A stretch of 64,000 nt of DNA from Phoronis australis (Eukaryota; Animalia; Phoronida). A program made the translations under genes and the position numbers. Location of the stretch: NCBI GenBank assembly GCA_002633005.1, contig NMRA01000277.1, positions 1 to 64,000 on the forward strand, written 5' to 3'. The notes beneath the pieces were generated by a model that made no database searches, was not told the DNA's origin, and saw only the letters and a program-made list of their open reading frames with translations. The first letter of the stretch is position 1. Each line of letters starts with the position of its first letter. Below, one piece after another: positions 49,834-62,857 of this stretch.

Positions 49834-49913
49834 GTCAACTGGCTAAGACATCTGATTGGTTCTCAATGACGATTTCCGGGTATAAAACCAATCAGATGTC
49901 TTAGCCGATTGAC
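49834..49913. repeat. 28-bp-stem hairpin
   Basis: gtcaactggctaagacatctgattggtt / aaccaatcagatgtcttagccgattgac, 2 mismatches. Confidence 0.8.
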
Positions 49914-50053
49914 CCGACGAAGACAATCAAGTGCTGTCAATCCGCCGCTAAACGTGCTCAGCAACGGTTACATGATCTGCCGTGTGTTTCGTGTAGACGC
50001 CAGAACTTCGCAAATACTCAAGATCACTCAAAATTTCGCGTCTTCCGAACTTA

Positions 50054-50428
50054 AGTGCCGTCCTCACACAGACTTACCCTAGAACAAGTTGCTCTAAGGA
50101 CAAGTTGTCGCTACGTTTGGGAACTATTTGGACACTGTTTAAACTAGTGCAACTTACAACACTGGTGACAACTCACTCCACGTTATCGAAGTGGGGTTAC
50201 TTGTTCTAGGGAAACTTGCGCCACTTGTATTCGCTGTGTGGCTGCGAAAGCAGGGTAGGGCGAAAGTAATAATCAGCTGGGGTTACATGCAGACGGGTTT
50301 TCTTTTGCTCCGTACTCGCCACGCACAGAGCGACAACTTCCGCCTTACCCTAGTTATCGGATATACGTGTGTGGAGTAAGTTGCACTAGTACACGTTGTT
50401 CTAGGGTAGGCTGTGTGTGGACGGGACT
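50054..50428. mobile_element. PIF/Harbinger-type MITE
   Basis: TIR agtgccgtcctcacacagacttaccctagaacaa / ttgttctagggtaggctgtgtgtggacgggact; TTA on both flanks. Confidence 0.7.
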
Positions 50429-52425
50429 TTAAACGTGTAAAGTCCCGTTTAGACATCAACTTTTGGCCCGGCGCAACTGACATGGAGCAAATTGCGGCCA
50501 TTTACACACACAACTCACTAACTGTGACAAGTTGGAAGTTGTAGGCTGGAGAGTAGAACGCATATGCGCAGGTTTACAAATGGCGGGAGTTGCAGAGACA
50601 GAGAACCCGTATGTAGGTCATTGCACAGGCGCAGTAGAGATGGTCCTTCCCGCCTTGCCCCAGTTTCGTGTTTAGACATGTGATTGGGCAAGATGATCAA
50701 GCGCAAATTGCACTACCTCACAAACGGGTGGCAAAAGTTGGTCACCGCGGTGTCAATTTGCTCCAGGTCAGTCCTGTTTACACACATACTTGCGCTAGAA
50801 CATCTCGTTCCCTGTCAGCTGATCGGTGTCAACTTTTGCAGTGTAAAAGGCATTTATGCCACAGAGATTGAGAAGGCGACACGCCCCATTCTATTGAGTC
50901 GGCCTACATGGCAATCCGTATTGAGAGTTTGGCAGGAGAGCGTTCCCCTGCGTTAGTTCGGCGCTACCACGTACATGAACAACCATGCTAGTGAATGGCG
51001 GATGTTTCGCGAATAAGCACGGGAGCTAAAATAGTGTAGGCTAGCAAAATGATCCCCTCTGACTGATTGTTTGGCGAGGTTGGAATGCTGAAGTAGAAGG
51101 GGAAATTCAATGTTTTTGTTCCATAAGACAAAAATTCTCGCTGCAATTGCCCGAAAAGAGTCTAGAGTTGTGGAACGCATCCCCGATATTCGCTAGAAAG
51201 CTAAGAGATGCACATGGTCTCGCTTTCTCTCCTGAGTATACAGGGTTACTGAACTTCTCCGGTCTGACATCATGGATTCGAAATACAAATCTAAATTAAT
51301 GACAATGCTAAGCTACCCTGTAAGAAATGTTCTGAAGAAATTTCACTGAGTTTCAACATATTGGATACGTCCATGGACATAAGTTTCCTGTGACGGACGA
51401 CCGTTTTGCAGCGCGTGGCATATAGGCACAACAATAATAATTCATCAAACCTAGTAATGGAATAAACGTGTTAGATTATTTGTGTAGGATTCGATTATCT
51501 ATAAGTGATATCACGTACGACTTGATTAATAATATAGTTAGTGACTTATTACATAATATCTAGTAACGCAATGATGTCACGAATAAGAAGTGTCAATGAG
51601 TTATAAACTAAGAAATAACTCCAAGGTCTAGTTGTATTTTGTTATTTCATTACCTCAATGTCTACTGTGTCTTTCCACGAACAAAGGGTTTAAGAAGGGT
51701 AAAAGTTGCATTTCGGCTTGTTCAGCTCACTGAAACGAGAAACGATGTTAAAAATTTCCCTACAATTACAAGACTTGTTTTCTGTTACCAACAAAGAACG
51801 TACAAGCATCCAATACGCCAAGAAACGTTTCGGAAAATCGTCCATTTCATTAGGGTTTGGCTAACCCTGAAATTCGAAAATGTCTAATCGGGAATTCCAT
51901 TCAAAAATAGACCAGTCACGTGGCAAAACAACGACCATCTCCGTGAGAAATCGCAGATCACCTGTTAGTATTGGCTTTTTGGTTATCTCTTGAAATATGT
52001 TTGCAGTGACAGCTAAACACGGTGAAACGCAGCTTCAAATACCATCATACTGCCTTGGTTTCATCCAGCAGTCTTTAAATTCACCAACACATGGCCCTAA
52101 TCACATGTTTGTTCTCATTTCTCCGTGATTTTCCTGCGCACACTTCGTTCAATCAATTTCCCTGAAATGACTGTTGTCAAGTACTCGCCAAATAACTCAG
52201 GTACCACCAAAGCAACGTGTGCGAGGAGAAAATAGAAAAAATACTAAGCATGTTTTAATGATCTCTTCTACGACTGGGTTATCCGTCAAGTGATTTGCCA
52301 AGCGGTATATTCTTGCACTTACGCAACAATATTGGCTTAATTTATATCAGTGTTAATACTTTTAGAAATATGCACAAATCCAATTAAAGGGTCATTAAAG
52401 ACTGTACGTATGAAGAACGTATTTT

Positions 52426-52980
52426 GGGGGATTGTTGTTAGATGTGATAGACATCTTGACGTTATTAGCTTTGACTAGGGCTATAAAACAACATGATTCA
52501 TTGTATTTTTGTGTTTTTACCATTACAAATTACCCATTCTCACCGTTAACTGCCAGACATTCGCTGATTTTACCTTTTAAATACGCTTAAAATACTTTGC
52601 AACATTTGTCGAGTGTGATCTAGTTCCGCCAGCAGAGCGTTAGACTGTGGCCGCTAGGGTTGCAGGTTCGAATGCGCGCTGAGGCTGATCTCTGAAATCA
52701 TTTTTCTCGCCAATAAGATCAGCCTCAACACGCAATCGAACCTGTAACCCCGTGGTCGCAAGCTAACCCTCTGCTGGAAGAGCTAAAATCCCATTCGATA
52801 AACTGCACAGCATTTTACGGTACGCGTATTTAGCTGGTAGTCACCGGCTCTGATTTCACCGAATGTCTGGCAGATAACCACTTGTAATAAAACCAAACAG
52901 CGAAACAAATTTTGTTATTCTATAGCTCTGGTCAAAGCCAATAACTGCAAGTAGTCTCATCCCCTTCCACAATAATCCCT
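52426..52980. repeat. About 550-bp diverged fold-back with tRNA-like arms
   Basis: Arms pair from ttattagctttgactagggctata / tatagctctggtcaaagccaataa inward to ggttcgaatgcgcgctgaggctgatct / agatcagcctcaacacgcaatcgaacc. Confidence 0.7.
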
Positions 52981-54189
52981 TTATCGGCCGTAAAACCGAT
53001 AATATCAGTTTAGCCTACAGGTATCAATGTCGGATTAATAGACAGTCTTCACTTATCCACTGTGTTTAGCAACTTCCCGACCGATTTGCACTCTACAAAT
53101 AGCAACATCAACTTAGCGAGACTATAACTTACGAAAGAAGAGGTGACGTAATGAAAGATTTACTTACACCTACATAAATGAAAAATAACCTCTTCCCAGA
53201 TGGCGGAAGTAATTATTCTTCGTTCATGTTTTGTAAACACAAACCGATTATTCTGCTGGTGTTTTTTTACTACTTTTAGGATTTTCCGTGGATGCTGCAT
53301 TGACTAGTACCCGTTGTCTGCCCAAAGGACGCATTTGCATCTTATTGTCTGAACTTGAGAAAAACAAATGATGTCAACCGATGTTTCCATTCTCGCAAAC
53401 CAGTTCCCCTGGATAAATCATGAGATTCTTGATATCCTCAACACGCCACGTTTGCATAAGATTAATTCCATCTCGGCGGTTTGTCAAGTTTAAAACGCGT
53501 ATACTTATACGGATCAACTAATTAGCTGAAACTGCCTTTTGGAGATCGATTCGGCATAATTCAAAACGAAGAAAACACATTTATCTAAAGTGTGTGGTAT
53601 TTCATTTCATTTCACTTGCACTTTTAAAAGCTTGCCATTTGCCTTTTTTCCACTTTTCTGCTTTATGATCTAAATAAAGTAAAGAGCAATAAATCAGTTT
53701 GCTTTGTTTGCATACGTCAACCCACATTCGTTGGCACTGAACTGATTTCAATTAGTCGGTGTTGATTAACGATTGCATGTGAAGTGCGATCGACAACGTG
53801 TAAGATGGTGACAAAATAATTTTACACAGTCTTAACAATGATTGATTACTCGTGGCGAATTTCGACTCGTTTATCGCGGTCGCTGTTATTTCCGCTGATC
53901 ACACCCACCCACAGACATCATTTAATTTTGCGAAAGTGAACAAATCACCACTGGCAATGACACAAAGATTTTTTGTGCGCCATATCAAAATTCACAATAA
54001 TATAATCATCCACTGCACAAAGAAATTTAGGTAAACCAAAGCTTAGAAATTAGGTATCATTGAATTCAAATTATACATTTGAACTTTCTAAAGAAGAAAC
54101 TTCTAGTTAGATTATCCACAACAACTAAACTTATTTCACAATAGTCACAAAATAACATGGAGTCCATATAGTGGAACGCTGCGCCACAT

Positions 54190-54660
54190 TCTTAAAACTG
54201 GCGCGCTTTTGAGGACAAATTGTGTATTCTTATGTAACGCCATTTGAGCCAAGTCGGTGACCCTTTGATTTTTCGTATTTCAAAGACGGGCATCTAGCTA
54301 ATACATAAAAATAACAACGTAACTGTTTGCGTAGAAGCAAAAACTTTAAGAATTGCGGTAATCAAAATCCAGAAACAACGTTACGACTTATGCTGACGTA
54401 AGAAAATCAATAGAGAAATATAATTAAAGCCGTCAAAACATGAAACTAACATCATGCAACGAAATCAACCCGTCTTCAAAAGGATTCTAATCATTTATTT
54501 AGAGAAGGATGGGTTTTCAGTAACCCACGTAAATTTTACATTTGCATAGGTGCCTCTGGGTCTGTAACGGAAAAAAACCAATTCAGCGCCTCCACATGTT
54601 TTTGCAGATTTATAGTAGGCAAAGACCTAAATACAAGAATGGAAAAAATCAACAATGAAT
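54190..54660 (+). repeat. Old interspersed repeat, copy A
   Basis: Shares tcaaaatccagaaa, gacgtaagaaaat, aactaacatc.tgcaacgaaat and ttcagtaacc with 63230-63690. Confidence 0.6.
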
Positions 54661-55259
54661 TAACACTGTGCCGAACCCCCTTAAAATTGCATTTCCACTT
54701 ATTAACGGGGGCTATAAACCAGCGTCCGTCAAAGAAACTCATTTTGGTAGAGACCACTCACCGCTATAAAACTGATTCCAATTTGCTCCTAACTCAGACG
54801 AAAAGTGGTTTCTAGGGCTTGGAAAAAACGGCGGTTCGTTAATACTTGAGCCCGTGCTCAGCGCATAAAATGATTGACAGGTCATCTCTAAATTCCAGCT
54901 GAGTGCCGAAACCCATCGCAGCAAAGAAAATTTAAAATCCAATTGGCAGTCTTAATTAGAGTATTTCTGTTATGCATATCAATAAACAGTTGCAAACAAG
55001 TGCTGCTTTAAACGGAACAGTCACTGACCAGTTAGCAATCATCCACTCGATATTCACAAGTACATCACAGCTCACAACCGAGATATTTTGATAAAACGCC
55101 AACGGTAAACACCGATAACAAATCGCATTGATATTTTTGCAAGAGCCTCATCGCAAATATTATTGAACGAGACTGGAGAATTCACGATCAATGGTGAAGT
55201 CAACAATACAGCCGACCTACTGCATTGGACATAACCACAGCCTCGGACACTGGGAAATG

Positions 55260-55280
55260 AATATATATATATATATATAT
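55260..55280. repeat. (AT)n microsatellite
   Basis: atatatatatatatatatat. Confidence 0.85.
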
Positions 55281-58200
55281 TGTGTTCTAGATCATCGACC
55301 GCCTTACCTAATTACCTCATTGACGTAATACATTCTCCCACGTGACTGCCACGGTTGACCCCAAGCTTTTGTTTCGGAAATGTGATTCAGCAATTCCCGT
55401 GCTTCGGTATTCCCAATTCGTGTTGAACAAAGATACATATATGCAACATTTTTGTAAACCAATTACCCAAACCATTCGCCGTAATTTGACAAATGGAACA
55501 TCATTTGATACTCACATTTGGTCCAACACGCCAAATCTGAGTGATTCACCTACAGTGTATGCATAGCCGAAAGGATATACGACAGCGAATGTCCGTCATT
55601 TTAAGATTGGACAGTAGATGTCGTTGAAACTCAAGTTTCACCAAATAGACTGAGATACAGAGATAGTAAATGGGCGAGTGATTGACCAATGCACAGTTAG
55701 CAACTAAGCAGACAATTAGCCCTCACTTAAGGCCTCTTCATACACTCCCATTAGTAGACATAAACGATTTTGTAATCGACAGTCAGTATACAACTACTTG
55801 GTGTGTGTTGACGAGTGTTCCGACTCGACTTTTCGAGCTAAAATGTCGGAATACGATTTGTCGGTTGAAATAAAGCTGTCTGATATTGTTCCGGTTTTCA
55901 TTTGACACGGGAGAGTACTACTTTTGAACAAATGTCTACGCACGACGACGTCATTGCAAAAAATCGAAGTGTGCAGAAGGGCTTTGGACAATGTAAATCC
56001 ATTCATGACTAACTAGTGCCTGCAGACATCAATTTATGTAGGGCGCATCTGGCTAATAAAAATAATCAACTTCCATAAGACAGTATAATGACAACACACC
56101 TTTAAGAAGAGTGAAGAACTCAGTTTTCTACGGTATCTGATTACCGCTTCGTACTTTGTTAAATTTCTTCGAACATTTCCTAAAATGTAAAAGTTTTAAA
56201 ACACAATACTCTACATTTTTAAATACTTGGTGCCTGAAGGTTTGCAGTCACCACAAGACGCCACTGAAGAATATTTTAGCATTTCACCCTATCAAAAGTA
56301 CTTTAAACCTTCAAACCTGGATTGTGTCAAACTATAGTATCGTGGACTGTGTTCCATGGACCCAACAATTGTGCCAAAACATATGAGCATGCAAGATTTT
56401 GTGTGACATCACCATATGTTACCAGCGAAACACGCGATCACACTAGCTTTTCTCGCAAGTCTCTATGATAAATGGAACGCAGCCCAGGGTGTCTCAAATT
56501 CTGACCATTTCAGTTCCGATTTTTACTAAGCGGACTGGTTGGGTTTCCAATGATGGCCTCAGCTACTCCGTAAGCTCGGTGTACACAGTCTGATTCTCAA
56601 ATACGAATCACGAACCAGAAAAACACCTTCACGGAAGTCAGTTGTTCCCACACGTGCTGGCGCTTTTGCACCGGTTTCGGTGATACAAAGTTTTCACTAA
56701 ATTTTTGTTGTTCCATATTAAATGATGTTGACAAACTTATCCTTGAGTGACAATATAAACATTCTATCTTCTTCGCACATGTCATTCACAAAAAAGCACA
56801 GAGAATATGCCGTTTCGTAACGGCGCTTATCGCTGACAACGCACAATCCACAGTTCACGGGTGATGACTCCACGCCGGATGCAAATTACGTCCAACAGTT
56901 CTCTGTCAACGAAACTCTCAGCGGGTTGTCACAACAGCCAAATCCTGTGCACAAGTGTGGCGTCTGGAATCTGGCGTAATTTGTACCGAGCGCATGGATT
57001 CAAAATGGCACAACCAGGATTGTCGTCCAAAATACAGAATTGCGGGCTAACATTGCGAACGGACTTTGCGAATTAATCCATTTTATGATGAAAAGCACAA
57101 GCACGACATTTTGCTTTACTATGCTTTGCACTGACTACCAAAGACAACGTTTTCATATTGTAATTGCACGTGGCTGTTATCTATAGCCCGTGTATGTTTT
57201 GTTTGCAGATAGGTTACGTGTGTCCAGACGAAGCCGTTGTGCGTGCTACACTGCACGCTTTTGTGAAAAAGAGATACTGTATACAACTGAGGGTTTGTGC
57301 ATGTCCGATTTTACTGATAAAAAACTATTACTGGTTTCGACTGGCTCAGCCAAATACCTTATCGGGACAATTTGTGACTACACAAACTACGGATTTTTGC
57401 CGAATCAATAAAGTGGTTTAGCTCGACTTGGTGGTTCACGAAACTTGCGGGAACTAAATGATATTTCATGACAACCATTTTCTTGAGTAGTTGGTTTATT
57501 CTAGCTTTATTAAACTTTCCAAGTCCTTCTTGGAGATTTCTCGACTCTCGGCCATTTTTGAGTCAGTCACCTGAGGAGTCCACATGCACCTGTGGAGAAC
57601 AGCTGTCAACCCTTTCATACGACAGTCAGCTATCAGCCTGATGTTGCATTTTACACGAGTCGGTTTCTGGGACTGTTTGGAATGGAAGTTTCAAGACGTG
57701 GCACATACGAGTGTGAGTGCATTGCAAAACATTTATCTACGGGCTCGACGGAGAAATTAGTCTCGAATTACCCGTGTGTATGCCTATTTGTTGCTTGATC
57801 GACGTAGTCGTTTTCGTAGCCTAGGTACCATGCGTCCGCGAGTCTAGATTTTACTGCGTACGACAAATCATTCGAGATAACTGCCAGTAAGTTTTCACAG
57901 ATGACCGCGTGAAGGGAGGCAGTAACAATACTTTACCTTGCGGCGAGCCACAGATGCCCTCATTCAGGAATCCCACTCATCGGCCGTGTACAAAATCTAA
58001 TGAGGTAACCAGGGTGCATACAATAATTATATGCCGTAAATGATTCTGAAACATGGAATCCAAAATTTTGGGTCGTACCCCCGTCCAACATTCCGCCAGG
58101 CGGTGCCTGCGTGGCCATTCAGTTGAAAGGACCGAGTATCGTGAACTGTGATCTGCTTCGGCAATATAGGCTGCTGACTGACAGTCACCGTCAGTAAAGT

Positions 58201-58504
58201 CAAATCAAACATATGCACATCTGCCGACGCGCGCTTACTGCTGTGACACAAAGGCGGATTTAATGGGGCGGACAAATGTACGAGGGATGCAGTTGCTCAG
58301 GTTGTCGCGAACATTGTCGTTCGTAGTCGGGTACCTCCAGCGACATCCTAGATCCGCCTGTATGATATTACCACAGGGGTTTGTCATGGTAAAACTTAGC
58401 ACTGTTCTTCAATACAAAAATTGAATTTCTTTTATCGAACTTCCAACACGTAATTGTGAAAATAAGACAAAGACCCTACGCGAAATTCCTTTTTAAATCA
58501 CCTG

Positions 58505-58905
58505 GGCCCGGTCTCCAATCTTTTTACTCGAAATAGAACTCCAAATTAGGTTAGGCATTTTCTACTCTACTTTTGGGCGAACTCAAGATAAGTGTCTATT
58601 ATTCTATGCTCGAGTACACAATAACTTACGTAGATAATTTATTGCCCTTAGTTCACAGTTTGTAAACCCAATATTAAAGCAATAAGTTCGAGTTTGAACT
58701 CGAAATTTCGAGTTTTTACTCGAGTTTGTAGCACGAATATAAGGGTCTTCAAGGGCAAACTTGAACTAGAAACTCCTATGCATAAACTATAATGTATTCG
58801 AGCACAGTCTGATAACCAATTATCTTAAGTTCGCACAAAAGGAGCAGAGAAATTGCCAAACATAGTTTCGAGTTCGTTTCGAGTATAAAGATTAGAAACC
58901 GGGCC
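58505..58905 (-). mobile_element. PIF/Harbinger-type MITE (401 bp), copy B
   Basis: CTG|ggcccggtctccaatc ... gattagaaaccgggcc|CTG; reverse complement of 33259-33659. Confidence 0.87.
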
Positions 58906-61790
58906 CTGGGCTCAGTTGCATAAAATGTATACGCCGTATAGCAGCAATGACGTCGCATAATCGTGCGCCACGTTGTTATTGTTGAACAATGCACCTGACG
59001 CCATGCAACAATTATGCAACCCAGTCCTGATGGTTTTTATCCCTCGTAGAAGCCACATGCGCGGAGGGACGCGCGCAAACTCAGTTGCCAACATTTCCAT
59101 TGTCACTGACCGTTCACAAATAATAGTCCAGTTCTCAGTAATGATGACTGAATTACATAAAATGGTGCGTAACAACAAGTATGAAACGTAAAGCAAAGCC
59201 AACTCAAAACGAAATGTTCCAGTTAAGATTCACATTTACACTTTTGTCAACGTTATCAAACATGGAGTAGAATGGAAACGCAATTTACCAAAGCAAACCG
59301 CACATCTTACAAAGACATATACCTTTTCATAGGTAATAGCATTCGACACGCACATTCACCGAATTCGTTGAGGGGTGAAACTATTTGTTTTTGCGCCCGT
59401 TGGAATTTTGAACAGATTTTTTGTTAGCACACGCGAACTACACACGAAACATTAACATAGTTTATGAATTCCTGCGGCTCTATGATGATGCCCTGCAACT
59501 GCTTTTACTTGTGGCTGACTGATTAAACCAGAAACTGACATTTTTCAAAATCTCGTTTAATAGGTTGAGCGACTGGCGTTTAAATCCCGAAAAGAATATT
59601 TGATCAGTACAGACAATTGCGATTTTACGCCGGGTTAACAAAGCAGGAAAGTTTAAAGAAACAACTGTAGGTGTGTTGGTTTAATCAGATATTCCCATTT
59701 TCGTTTTACGGCCTAAAAAGCATTTTGGAGATTGTTGTTGGACGGAATAGACTTTTTGGAGCTATTAACTTTGACGAGAGCTATAAAACTATGGAATTCT
59801 TTGTATTTGGGGTTTTATTACACATAGCCCATTCTTGCCGTGCTCTCCCTGACATTAGCTAAAATCAACCGAGGGGGGTTTATTTACATGTAGCATCCCA
59901 AAGCGGAGCATTTAAATTCGCGCTAAGGTTGTTCTCTGAAAACCAATTTTCGCACCGGTAATGTCAAATTGAAATGTTTTTAGAAATGATTGCAGTGGTT
60001 GTGACTATATCATCGTATGCTAGTAAACATTATTAAAATGTTTTGTTAGACATGAAAGTTGAACATTAAAATGAAGCATGAATGTTTTGGTGGAAGAATA
60101 AAACCTGAAGGCCCGTCGTTCATAATGTGGCCATATGATAATGTTGGAGGACAAATATGGCGGGCCAGCATCAGTGTGATTCAGTCACAAGTGTTCTTCA
60201 CCGACGTCCGGAAACTGGATTTAGGCGATAATGACAGCCATGTAAAATAACCACAATAAAATACAAAACTAAATCAAAACCGAAGACAATTGACCTAAAT
60301 ATAGTTTGAAGAAATTGACAATAATTCACGGGTTTGTAAAAGAAGGTATGGTAGACTAAAATGATACGTCCTCAATGTTTTGTCGATTTCGCTCAAAACT
60401 GGTTTTACCATCTGCTGTTGCACGACTAGAAAATAAATACAAACACAATGCAGACAACACACAGTGTCGCGAAAGTTGATCTTGTGCTTCAACATGGTTT
60501 ATGAACACAAGGGGCAGGGGGCGTTGCTCCGAAAAGTAAACTCCCCCGAGTGAACTGAGACGGTTACCAACGCAGTCGATTTGCTTCGCTGGCTTTGGGT
60601 CTTTGGTCATTCGGAGCAGAAAATTCACCCTACGTGAATGCCCAGATGGGAATATTTTGATAAAATCAGAGCTCGAGTTGCTAAAACCCTGTTAAATTAA
60701 GCACAAACCTTAATCAACTTTTCTATTTTCAAAACTAGTTCAACAGGAATTGAAACTCTCTCACTGGGGATTCCAGACATATCTACCAATTCTCGAGTCT
60801 GCAAAAAACTAGTTTCTTTTCATAACTAATATTGAAGTTACACTTGACGCGTCGCGCCACGTGTCCCTAAACCACCTAACTATACTGCCAGCGTTGATTG
60901 CGTTTCCTCAAGTTACAACTTCATTAACTGTGGAAAGGAAAACTCCCGGATGACTGACGTAGATCGTTTCATTCCTCCTTCTTTCTACAAGCCCACTGAA
61001 TCTCTATTCTAATTATACCACGGCAGGGCATTGCCAATGATAAACCTCAAACCCACGGAATGGCAAAGCTTACTGCAACTTTTCTTAATCAGTGAGTATT
61101 TACAAAACATCTTCGGCAACAGTCAATTGGCTTTCATAAGCTACGTCGGATGTATTGACTTTACCACATGCGCTTACGATTATGTGGATCTGTGCCTACT
61201 TGTACATGAATAAACTATGCGTAGCCTACTTTTGGATATCAAGGGTGTCCTAATCAGTTTGTCAAAAAGTTGTAAAGTAGCTGTTATTTCAAATGAAAGA
61301 TTATTTAATTTGAAAAATGTAAATTTTGCGCTTAGGTTTCTTTATTTTGGCATTTTAAACTAGCGTGCGACATCAAAATTTCACTTTCATATCACAATAA
61401 ACAATAGGCAGGCCCGAGGGTAGACTTTCGCTGTGATTTCCATAGTTTGAATTGATTAAGTACTTTTCTTAGATTGTTCTCATCAGCTGTAGTTTTTGTA
61501 TACTACAATTTCAACAATAAAACTTAAAGGCGAAGGCAACCTTTTTCCATGTCGTTTTGAGCTAAAATTAGGTTGGTTGGTTATCCTAGACATATTTTCC
61601 ACTTAATTACAGCTTTTCGTAATTTTATTAATCACTCGTCCGCTACTCCGGAAGTGACGTTTTAGGAAGCAAGCATTTCGCGCCAATTTCTTTTCATATA
61701 GTCTGACTGAGAGCTGCCGAGTCAGTCATTGTTCTACCTCGGTTGTGTTGAGTTCCGTCGTCGTTTGCTTTCATTTACTAGTCAGTCAAC

Positions 61791-62550
61791 ATGCCACACT
61801 GTTGTTGCGTACCAGGATGTACTAATTATCGGCTCACGCGCGCTTTGGGAGTACCTTTGCATCGCTTTCCGATGGATGACAAACTTCGCCGTACTCGGCT
61901 TGGCTCGTTCATGTTCGCGTTACCCGTCCACGCAACGTACAAAGCATTGGAGAATTACCGTGTGTGTGACAAGCACTTTCTGCCGTCCGATTACGAAAGG
62001 GATTTGTACGCTGAACTGATGAAGGTCCCTGCGAAACAACGTCTGTGTTGATTCCCGGCAGTGCCCGTCGCCACCCACGACAAGTGCGTTTTTGAAGCGA
62101 GAAGCTCGCGAGCTGTGGCCAGTACAGTGACTGGAGTCAGTGGAGGCACTTCGTCTACTGTCACCCGTGCCTCCGAACGTACCCCAGAGCGTGCAATTCC
62201 TAAAACCAGTAGTGATTCGCCCTGTGCTGTTTTCTCCAGCCCAGAGCCTCTAAGCAGCCCTGCAGCGATATTGAGTAGCGGGAGGGATTACAGGCTCAGT
62301 TCGACACCCAGTGAAGAGGACAGTTCGTCGTCCAGTGAACAGATCGGTGAGCCAAACTTTGATAAGTTTACTGTGGACTGGTCTAAAGTGTTGAAGCTAT
62401 TTAAAAGGTGCCAGGTGTGTGGCGAGGGAGTCACACGACACGGTGTAAGCAGTTTGGGTGCTCAGGTCACCATCCAGTGGGAGTGTGTCGCGGGACACTC
62501 TGGCAAGTGGGACAGTTGTTCCTCTGTCCGTGGTATGCCGGAGGTCCACT
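61791..62550 (+). pseudogene. Kolobok transposase N-terminal fragment (THAP domain, acidic linker, CxxC..CxxxH finger), frameshifted
   Basis: MPHCCCVPGCTN..LHRFP..VCDKHF; an about 22-bp deletion near 62046 removes the AIPSL box; then LFKRCQVC...WECVAGHSGKWDS. Confidence 0.82.
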
Positions 62551-62857
62551 TAACCATATCCAGTAGTGGCTTGGCCTCGTCGAACTCTGAACAGCACAAG
62601 CATTCCACTGAGGTAGGCATAACAACGCACACAGTGCATTTGCACCAAGATGTGTCACCACGTCTGTCCTCAGTAGCCGCCTCGTTTCTCTCAACAGCTG
62701 CCTGTGCCTGTGCGTACTCTGCCTCGTTATACTCGGGCTCAAACATGTACCCACCCACTGAATGTCCTTGAAAAAAATCCTCGTCACCACTGCTGTGAAC
62801 AAGGTCTCCGTCACTCACACTACTGTCACTGTGATACGGGTCACCGACTCCAGCCAT
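62550..62857 (-). pseudogene. KolX-like Cys-rich protein fragment (similar to the P2X7 cytoplasmic ballast domain)
   Basis: MAGVGDPYHSD...GYMFEPEY...WCKCTVCVVMPTSVECLCCSE, matching the Y.FEP / WC.C..C..M....E..CC.E pattern; C-terminally truncated. Confidence 0.78.

Noticed and set aside
61791-62051. Domesticated THAP transcription factor or P element
   Set aside because: It lies within TIRs with TTAA flanks (not an 8-bp TSD), is multi-copy, frameshifted, and lacks the conserved Trp and the AVP-type box in this copy.
62061-62771. 236-aa ORF as a standalone host gene
   Set aside because: It is a chimera of the transposase linker and zinc finger with the antisense of the KolX-like ORF across the deletion junction.
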